64,000 bases of DNA from Chrysomallon squamiferum (taxonomy: Eukaryota; Animalia; Mollusca): contig CM022679.1 in NCBI GenBank assembly GCA_012295275.1, positions 26,350,001-26,414,000 of the forward strand. The letters run 5' to 3'. The position numbers were made by a program, and so were the translations under genes. The notes under the pieces are model-generated. The model ran no database searches. It had not been told where the DNA came from and saw only the letters and a program-made list of their open reading frames with translations. This document shows positions 54,141-64,000 of the stretch, one piece after another. Numbering within the stretch: the first letter of the stretch is position 1; each line of letters starts with the position of its first letter.

Positions 54141-54468
54141 TGTCATTGAATGATGAGAGTCTAACGTTAATCTCAGCTTGTCTTCAGTAACAGTTCTTGT
54201 CACTGAGTGGTGAGAGTCTAACGTTAATCTCAGCTTGTCTTCAGTAACAGTTCTTGTCAATGAGTGGTGAGAGTCTAACGTTAATCTCAGCTTGTCTTCA
54301 GTAACAGTTCTTGTCACTGAGTGGTGAGAGTCTAATGATATTCTCAGCTTGTCTTCGGTAACAGTTCTTGTCACTGAGTGGTGAGAGTCTAACGTTAATC
54401 TCAGCTTGTCTTCAGTAACAGTTCTTGTCACTGCGTGGTGAGAGTCTAATGTTAATCTCAGCCTAACA
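54141..54468. repeat. 57-bp minisatellite, ~5.7 copies
   Basis: Unit TTGTCACTGAGTGGTGAGAGTCTAACGTTAATCTCAGCTTGTCTTCAGTAACAGTTC repeated head to tail. Partial or 1-1.5 copy versions occur at ~35436, ~43800 and ~47700. Confidence 0.92.
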
Positions 54469-55958
54469 GTATCTGTGTTCTTCCGCATGTTATGCTACTG
54501 ACTGCTTATTTATTTATTTATTTGTTTGTTTGTTTGTTATTTTTATTTATTTATTCATTTTTATTTTATTTTTATTGTGTTTATGTTTTGTTTGTTTCTT
54601 TTATTGTTTTGTTTTGTTTTATTGTTTCGCTCTTTCTATTTTAATTATTATTTATTTAATTTAATTATTTTTTCTTTACTTATTAAGTGAATTATTTATT
54701 CATTTGTTCGATTTTTTTGTTATTCCTATTTATGAATTACTGTATTTAACTATTTATTTATTTAAATAATATTTAATAAAGCAAATGTTAGTTTTGTTGA
54801 CAACTTTGCTAAGCCTTGCTCAATAATTTCTGTAATTGACTTTCTACTGTATGATGTCATGACAAGAATTAATAATGTCAGTTTTCAAACATTTCAGAAT
54901 TTCGTTGTGTTTCTTCACATCCTTTAATATTAGCAACAATTTGTCACAATTTACAAACAAAACTGCACGTTTTGAAACGATACAGATTGCATATCATACA
55001 TAGGAGATTACATGGCAGATTTCATCTTTCAATAAATTTGCCAATTCTCTGTTGGCTTCTTAGTGAAAAGGATTTAAAACTGTACGTGTCTGATTCCACA
55101 TTGAACCAACAGAACGATCGTTTTTGTGTTCGCCTAAACTGTCTTCTCAAACTGGAGCTGATAGGAACTGTATTGGTTCTATTTTTGGCTGTATCAGCAA
55201 TAGTTGTATAAGATGGAACTTGTAGTAGTAGTAACTGTAGAGGAATAACAATATTGACAGCAGAGGCAGTGAAGTAGTAATGATAGGAGTAGCGGGAGCA
55301 GCAGCATCAGCAGGGATACAGAACATTAAATTTGAAGGATTTAAGATTTATAAATAGGAATAAACTTAATATTCGCCTAATAATAAATGTATGCATAAAA
55401 CTCAATATTTTCATTTTCTTTTTCTCTTTTTCCATGCCCACCTAAAAATTAATAAAGTGTTTTGAAAGTGCGAATACTACTACCATTATCATTTCCTCTT
55501 ATTAATAATACTACTGGTATTGCAGTACAACCACTGATATACAAACATATTTTTATTAATATACATAAATATCACTTTATGATACAATCCTAGATATAAA
55601 TTTGTAAATGTCACTGGATTTTAATAAAAATTTGGATTCTGATATATCAGAGCTTAGAAATGCTTTCAGTAAGCCGATATTCAATTTTGAAAACTGATCT
55701 GTAAGGTTTACATATTTTGTCATAATTACTTACTGATTCCCAGAAACTTGTATACTTGTTTGAGGTGGACTAAAATGTCGTTGGCATAATCTTGATGACG
55801 ACGACGATGATGATAGAATTACCATGACAGAGAGCACGTGGATTGTAAACAAATACTAGCGAACAACAACTCTTGCAACAGAATAATCTAATAGATTTAC
55901 GTCCCTTTAAATTAAACTTTAATATACTTTCGAGGCCAAATAGTAGAAATTTTAACAA

Positions 55959-56035
<77 letters not shown>

Positions 56036-58589
56036 TTTGGTGGATGCAAGAAAACTCGTACCACAACTCTGGATCATGCTGTCGAAGAGCACTGATAGAA
56101 CCGGATATAGTCGAAACGGAATTAAAAAAACAACAAACTCACTATCTCACTACTTCATAATGATTTCAAATGTTCAAACAATTAAGAAAGGATGACATAT
56201 AAATATTTTTTATTTTCATACAAATGTAAATATTCTTTGTAATTGTAAATAGCAATAAAAGTGATGACGTCAAAGACTTTACCTGTAATTCACGGATGAT
56301 AGTTTGATATGTTGTAAGCGGCTGGCAGCGTGGCTTGTATTTTCTGCGCTGATTTGTCAAATGGTTGCAAGTACCAGCCAGACGACCTGATTTACACATT
56401 TCGAATTAATATGTCAAAGCGTAATACAGAAATAAATCATATGAAGATTTTCTTTTATTATTTTTATACAATAGAAATAAAAGTGTAGACATGATATCTG
56501 AAAATTAAATAAATAAATAACATAGGAAAGAAATAGAAAACTAAAGTCGATATTACTGAAGATACAAATATATTTGTTGGGTCTTGTTATTCATTTTTGA
56601 AACCTTTTTCTAAATATTATTCTGTTTATATGTATGTGTATCGGTGTAAGTATTTCAGGATTGAATATTCTTTGTCTTATGTATGTCTGATTAGACAGGA
56701 CACAAGGGAAGTCAGTGGCACAGGAAGATGACGTTCATTAAGACTTCACAAACCACGTCAGTTGCGGCTACGAGACTTGAACGCATGCTGCCTGTTCTCC
56801 TGCTCTCTCAACTCGGACCTTACCACGCGGCTATAACACAACCTTAAAACGTTTGCTCAGTAACCGAGACTAACCATCACTTCCCACGAAGCGTCATTCT
56901 TCTATGCATCTATTTTTTTAATTATTATTATAATTTTTTTTATCATTATCTGTTTATTTATTTCTATGTATATTTTATTTATTTATTTTATTTTATTTTA
57001 TTTATTATTCTTTTATTCATTCATTCATTCATTTACTTATTTACTTTCTGCCATATTTTCTGTACAATATACATATATATATATATATATTCAATTATCG
57101 TTGTTTATATTCTTGACAGTATCTAGAATACGGTATCCAGTAAATTACGAATGAACTATTTCAACAAGAAATTCGCTTTGCAATTAAAAGTAATTCAGGA
57201 TGAAATTGCTCTGGTATCACTAAAACGAGGGCTGGTCGAGCTGAATGCAAACACACGACTGAACCGAGCTAATTTGTGCGGCAATGTAAACGTCGCTGTA
57301 GTATAAACATTAATAAAGAATTAGTTTACGATTTTCACACAGTTCATCTCTACTAATGAGAAACAACATAAATTTAATAATTGATTATAGAAAAAGTTTC
57401 TTCTTTTTTCTTCTTTTCACTCGAGACAACGGTTTAAACAGTTTGTAATATAGATTTATGTCTGCCGCTCGAACTGAATCTGTCAGCGTGACCCAGTCGC
57501 TGATACAAGATGGACTTTGCGGTTAACACGTTTTTCAAGGTGGACCCATTTTGACGATGATCGTGAAATAGTTGACGTATGAGACAGGCTCCAAGGTAAA
57601 GGGAGGATATTTACTTGTTAAGTGACAATTACGTTATAATGTTAATTTTCAGTATGCTCGGGTAAGTTAATGATAATTATATTGCTGTTGTCGTTTACAG
57701 TTTCAGCCATTAGTGACACTGAATACCGTGTCAGTCAAAACGCTGACACAAATAATTAACTAGCTAGTACTGTATTGGAAAAGAGTTTACTCAATTTTAA
57801 TTTTTTATTATTTTTATAGTTTGTTGTTATCATTTGAGTTATTTTCTTTCCTAAATATATCGGTTTAAAGAACGGATTTAGCTTTTTAAAATGAAGGACA
57901 AATGATTTCTACAAGTTTCACTGTATAGCGTAACACAGGTGATAAGCACACAATTGTTAATTCATAGTTGCAGTCGATCTGTCGTCGTTCAGTGAAAATT
58001 GAGACAATAAAATAAAACTTTACAAAACATTTGAGCGCCGCCATTGTACTCCTGGAGTCGTGACGTTATCATTAATATAACACTATATTTTATTGAAACG
58101 TTATCACAGTTTGACATTATAGATTATAACGCGAGAAAACAACAAAACCCTCCCCCAAAACAACAACAAACAAACCCAAAACACACACACAAGAACACAC
58201 ACACACAAACACAAACAAAAGAAGAAATCCAACAATAGAATGGAAAGAACCAGGAGTTTTGATGAATAATCTTGATGATTTTTTCAATAAAGTTAAAGCT
58301 GCTTTCGATCGAAAATGTTTCAAATGACAATTTTGAAAAATGTGTTTTCATTTAAATTGATTTTATTGAGTTTTAACATTTGTAGAGAGAAATAAATGTG
58401 TAAAAGCATGTCATTATTGTCATTAAGTTAACAGGTTTCAATTTAAAGTGTCACACAGGCGATACAAAGAAAATACCATTTTTGTATGCTTTAAGTCCTT
58501 ATTTTTAATTGTAAGCGACCTATCACAGCTCACTGCATACTGTGACAATAAAATAAAATAAAACTTTAAAAAACAATACAACGCCGTCG

Positions 58590-58654
58590 ATATAACACTT
58601 CACTACTGGAGTCGTCACCATTTACAAGAGAGTTGCATTTTAATAATAATAATG

Positions 58655-58685
<31 letters not shown>

Positions 58686-61600
58686 GAAGAAGAAGAATAC
58701 ATAATACATAATTTGTACGTCTCAAAAAACTGTCACCAAATACACATGTTAAAATGATTTATTAGTAATACTGTATTAGACATTAAGGAGTTTAAATGAT
58801 ACGACTTTGTTCATAGTATTTAGGTATGTTAGTCTCTTTCCCATGAGAAACTAACACAATACAGCGACTTTATCTAGAAACGACATCAGTTATTATATTT
58901 CACTTAATTATCGCTCGGATAATAAATAAACCTTTCAGTGGTACGTCAAAATATTTTACTGTTTTATTGATTTGATTTCTAAGTTGTTTTTCATATATTC
59001 GAACAGGTAATATGGAATGATATTGCACTGAAGATATGACAACCCTGCTTCTACAGATATTTCTTGATACGAATTCCACGATACTTTAATATGACCCACA
59101 ATGGCTGAAAGTTGTGTTGTACCATTAATAGAAATTCGAGACGAGTTTGTTATTTGTGAAATTTGTTTAGACTATTTTAATGACGGAGATAAACTACCAC
59201 GTATTTTACCATGTCACCACAGCTTTTGTTGTCAATGTTTGACTTCAGTGTGGAAGAATTTTCCAGAAGGACTAACATGTCCCAACTGTCGACAAATATG
59301 GCCTGTTCAAAATAATATCGAGAAAACATTTCCACAAAACAAAGTGTTGACAGATTTGGTGGAGTATATAAGAATTAAAAATAATGCTGGAGAAATACTG
59401 TGTCAAGTATGTTCCAGTAAACAGAAAGCAACGACCCGATGTTTCGATTGTGATACTCACGTGTGTGAAACATGCACATCATATCACATGAAATTTCCAA
59501 GTACAAAGCATCACAAGACAGTTTCTATATCGCAACTGGTGGAAATTCCACAATCTGAATTTTTCCAGAGAAAGGATATCTGTACATGTCACGAAAATAT
59601 GAAAGTTGATGTTTACTGCAAGACGTGCTGTACAGCTGTCTGCTCTACGTGTGCACTTGTGTCTCACAAAGATCACGAAATCTGTAATCTGAAAGATGTC
59701 TACAGCGAGAAGAAGGAAAAGATCAGAATCACTTTATGTAAGTTACAAACGTCCATAGAAAAATCTAAATCGTACACTGATAAACTGACTCGCGAGAAAC
59801 AAACACTGGAAGAGACACAAACACAAAGTCTAATGAAAATAGACAAAGCCAGTAAAGCAATCATTAAAAAGATTCAAGATTTGACACAACAGTTGAAAGA
59901 TGAAATTGTTAGAAATGTTGACAAACAGAAATGTGATCGAGATGAACAGATAAAAGTGGTGAGTCAGTCGATAAATGAGAAAAGTGAACATCTTCTACAC
60001 TGTCAACAAGCCTTGCAGTTCGCACGTCAAGTCGAATTTACTGAAATGTTCGAGTCTCTAGAAAACAAAACTAAACATTTGATTACGTCGTGTGTATTGT
60101 TTGAACTGCAGATGAAAAAGATCAACCTTGGTCTGGAGATATTTCGGGACTTTGAAATGATTTTGACCAAATCAAGACATATCGTTTGTTTCATGCAGAA
60201 TATTGACAAGACAGAGCAGGGTGGTGAAATGATGAGTGGTGTACTCTTACCACAGAAAATCAACGTTCCCGAGATGACGTCAGAAGATTTGGTTGAGTCT
60301 ATTTCAGAAAATGAGAAAAGGTCACTCGGTGCTGAACATGGATGTAGTAAAGACAATACTGAGATAACAGACGAACAAGGTGAATTTTCCGAATATTTCT
60401 CTGCATAAGCATTTTTTGTTTTTACCCCAAATAAACTGCAACTGTCAATTATCTTAAGAATTTAAAAGCTTTATCAAATTATTTCTCCCTTAATTTTGTT
60501 CATTACTGATTCTTTGTATTTCAGAATATAGAGTTTCATCGGTTATTATTGAATTAACTCTAAATTTTGACGCATTTTTTTTCTAAGGATTCTTCAGCTG
60601 TTTCACTGATTGTTTAAATGTAAAATGTGATAAGGTTTTTTAGGTGCGGGTTTGATGCGGAAAATTCTAGTAGGTCAATACAAAGAAGTGTTTCGTAAGT
60701 AATTTTCATATTTTACAGACACACAGAGACAAATACACACACACACATTAATATACACGTACACACACACAGACACAGAGGAAATGAGAATTGCCCCCAA
60801 CTAGTATAATTAGATGTTCAGTTCAGGGAAAATAACTAATTAATAAAACTTTCCGGATTATGTTCCTTGTATTGCAGAATTTACGTTGAAAAATCTAATA
60901 TATATTTATGTCAAATATCGCTAGAAATGATGTTATGAATTAATAACTTTATGAAAGTACAAGTTATTGCAAAAATACATTATCATTAGAGATAGTTACG
61001 TATATAATTTATCTCCTCTTTATCTTTTGTTTATATTTGTATGTTTATTTATTTATTGATTTATTGATTTATTTGTATGTTATTGATTTATTTATTTATA
61101 GACAATGCGGAAGCTAAATTCGGTAACATTTGATTTGTAAAGAGAGGGAAAATATATTATTTGATGTCAGTAGAAAGTAATTCAAAGAAACAGAGATAAT
61201 TATAGTTATATATGTATATTTTTATTTTACAGTACCCAGTATACAGTTTAATAAAAGTTATATGAACTGGGAATTTTGTACCATCACAGATTATGGCGAA
61301 TTGATCAACGAACCTTCACTTCAACCTGACACAGAACAAACCATCAAAGTTGAAACTTTTAATGGTGTTTTAGGAAACAAAACGTTTCACCATCCAGTCT
61401 GTTATTACTGGCAGGTTGACGTTGTATGTAAAGTACTGGAAAATGCAGAACTTGACAAAATAGCAACTCAAATCGGTGTTTGTACAGAAGAAACTTATGA
61501 CGATGCCGATTTAATTTCAGAAAACAGACACGCCTGGTGTGTAAGTGTTGACACCTGCAGCGATCACAACAGTCTGTGTTTAGACGTTCATTCTCTTGGG

Positions 61601-62572
61601 GAGGAAATATCTGACAAGCCTTTTGCAGATTTTGAAGAGAACAAAGAATTCATTCTGAATCTTGGGTTGCTGCTTGACACAAACAATAAAACATTTCACA
61701 TTATTCGTGTAAATGAAAACAAATGTGAATACAGCATTCCTGACATTGATGTTTCAAAGCCACTGATACCACTGTTTGGAGTTTATAGCTCTGCCATGTT
61801 TGATGTCAAAGTAGAAATTGTTTCTGCTGATCAAATGTTTCAAAACGATGAGTTACTCAAGTTAATATTTGACTTACTTTAAAAAAATTAATGAAATCTA
61901 TTGTGTGTGTTTGTGTGAAACTACCAATTTCAATAAACTAAATGAAAAATAGCTATGATAATATTAATTTTATTTGTTCATTATTACCTTTCTTTAGAAA
62001 TTTTTTATTATTATTATTATTATTAAATTTTACTATTAAATATGTCTTTGTAGTTTCTTTACACGTTTTATCTTCTTCCTCTTCTATTCTGTTTTATTTA
62101 AGTAATTATTAATAAATTGTTTCTTTAACTTCTTTTCATTATTATCGTTCTTATTGTTTGTAATATCTTGAATTTAATATCTAAGTAATTATAAAGAACA
62201 CTAAAAAATAAAAATTGTTTGGCTTCAGGTCATTTCCAATCATATTTTTGGTTGCGTTCGGAGACGAATGGTCGAAAATAATACGTATTCTCCCGTTCTC
62301 AGTAATTTCAATACGGTTTCAATAATTTCAGCATAACACCTTGTTATTCATCTTAACATCAAATGTGCATACAGTGTAAATATTCTTTATAATTGTAAAT
62401 AGCAATAAAACTGATGACGTCAAAGATTTTACCTGTAATTAACGGACGATAGTTCGATATGTTGTAAGCGGCTTGCCCCGTGGATTCTATTCTTTGCGCT
62501 GAATTGACAAATGGTTGTAAGTACCAGTCAAACGACCTGATTTTCACATTTCGAATTAATTTGTCAAAACGT

Positions 62573-62627
<55 letters not shown>

Positions 62628-63022
62628 TAATAATAACAACAACAACAACAACAACAGTCAATGTAATATACCAATAACAATAATATTGATAAATAAGTAG
62701 TAAGTAAGTAAATATATTAATAAATAAATAAATACAATAAAAAATTTAAATTAAATCCATTACAGAAATAAATCATGCGAAGATTTTCTTTTATTATATT
62801 TTTATATGTATACAATAGAAATAAAAGTGTAGAAATGATATCTGAAAATTAAATAAATAAACAACATAGGAAAGAAATAGAAAACTAAAGTCGATATTAC
62901 TGAAGATACAAATATATTTGTTGTGTGTAGTTATTCATTTTTTTTAAATTTTCTAATTATTATTTTCTCGTCTGATGTTGTTGTGGTTGTTGCTATTGAT
63001 ATTGTTGTTTTTCTTATTTTTG

Positions 63023-63060
<38 letters not shown>

Positions 63061-64000
63061 ATTATTATTATTATTATTACAAGCTTATTTATTTATTATG
63101 AATTTGTATTTGTATATATGTATTTTTTTATGTAGAGATGTATAGATATATGTATGCATACATGTATATATGTATGTGTATCAGTGTAAGTATTTTAGGA
63201 CTGAATATTCTTTGTCTTATGTATGTCTGATTAGACAGGACACAAGGGAAGTCAGTGGCACAGGAAGACGACGTTCATTAAGACATCACAAACCGTGTCA
63301 GCTACGAGACTTGAACGCATGCTGCCTGTTCTCCTGCTCTCTCAACTCGGACCTTACCACGCGGCTGTCAACACAACCTTAAAACGTTTGCTCAGCAACC
63401 GAGACTAACCATCACTTCACACGAAGCGTCATTCTTCTATGCTTCTTTTTTTTTTTTTTTTTTTTTTGGTATTATCTCTTTATCTCTGTATTTATTTATT
63501 TATTTGTATATTTTATTTATTTATTTATTTATTTTATTTTATTTATTTTTATTTATTTATTCATTATTTCATTAATTCATTCATCCATTCATTCTTTCAT
63601 TCATTCATTTATTTATTTAGTTTCAGCCATATTTTCTGTACAATATATGTGTATATTTTTTTTTCAATTATCGTTGTTCTTATTCTTGACAGTATCTGGA
63701 ATCTGGTATCCAATAAATTAGGAATGAACTATTTCAACAAGAAATTCTCTTTGCAATTAAAACTAATTAAAGATAAAATTTCTCTGGTATCATTAAAACA
63801 AGGGCTGGACGAGCTGGACTCGGTTCACTCGAGCTGAATGCAAACACACGACTGAACCGAGCTAATTTGTGCGGCAATGTAAACGTCGCTGTAGTATAAA
63901 CATTAATTAAGAATTGGTTTACGATTTTCACACAGTTCATCTCTATTAATGAGAAACAACATAAATTTAATAATTGATTATAGAAAAAGTTTCTTCTTTT
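58590..64000 (+). repeat. Near-identical duplicate of window positions ~1-5460
   Basis: Upstream region, exons, introns and 3' intergenic DNA are collinear at an offset of ~58.6 kb, differing by scattered SNPs, small indels and microsatellite lengths. Confidence 0.93.
59101..61882 (+). CDS. TRIM copy 8 (type A), near-identical to copy 1, ~659 aa
   Basis: Exon 1 59101-60379, exon 2 60644-60694, exon 3 61233-61882. The translated ORFs differ from copy 1 at only six residues. Confidence 0.9.

Noticed and set aside
54039-54488. Repetitive 149-aa ORF or CRISPR-like array
   Set aside because: A head-to-tail 57-bp repeat with no unique spacers in eukaryotic DNA; the ORF is a by-product of a unit length divisible by three.

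Overview
AT-rich animal genomic DNA (probably an invertebrate such as a mollusc or other lophotrochozoan; this is inference) with many microsatellites and one 200-N scaffold gap (10650-10849). The window is dominated by a tandem cluster of three-exon TRIM genes with RING, B-box1, B-box2, coiled coil and a C-terminal B30.2/PRY-SPRY-like domain. There are seven apparently intact copies (six on +, one on -), one 5'-truncated pseudogene, one orphan frameshifted SPRY exon and one stray exon-2-like remnant. The long ORFs and the separate ~200-aa ORFs in the track are exons 1 and 3 of the same genes, joined through a 51- or 69-nt exon 2, with all introns phase 1. Two subtypes alternate: type A (acidic linker, 51-nt exon 2) and type B (degenerate filamin-like Ig domain, 69-nt exon 2). 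The copies look like mosaics of exchanged modules: RING and B-box2 are homogenised, B-box1 comes in two forms, and SPRY loops are hypervariable. Several units carry an ISRE/IRF-type motif upstream. Together this suggests a diversifying, possibly IRF-inducible innate-immune TRIM array. Also present are the 3' seven coding exons of an FN3-transmembrane-NPxY receptor gene (with two microexons), an isolated CHST15-like sulfotransferase exon on the - strand, a TA-flanked Tigger/pogo-like MITE, SINE-like elements and a 57-bp minisatellite. The first ~5.5 kb and last ~5.4 kb are nearly identical, which reflects either a very recent duplication or an uncollapsed haplotype. All calls were made by eye, with no database searches.
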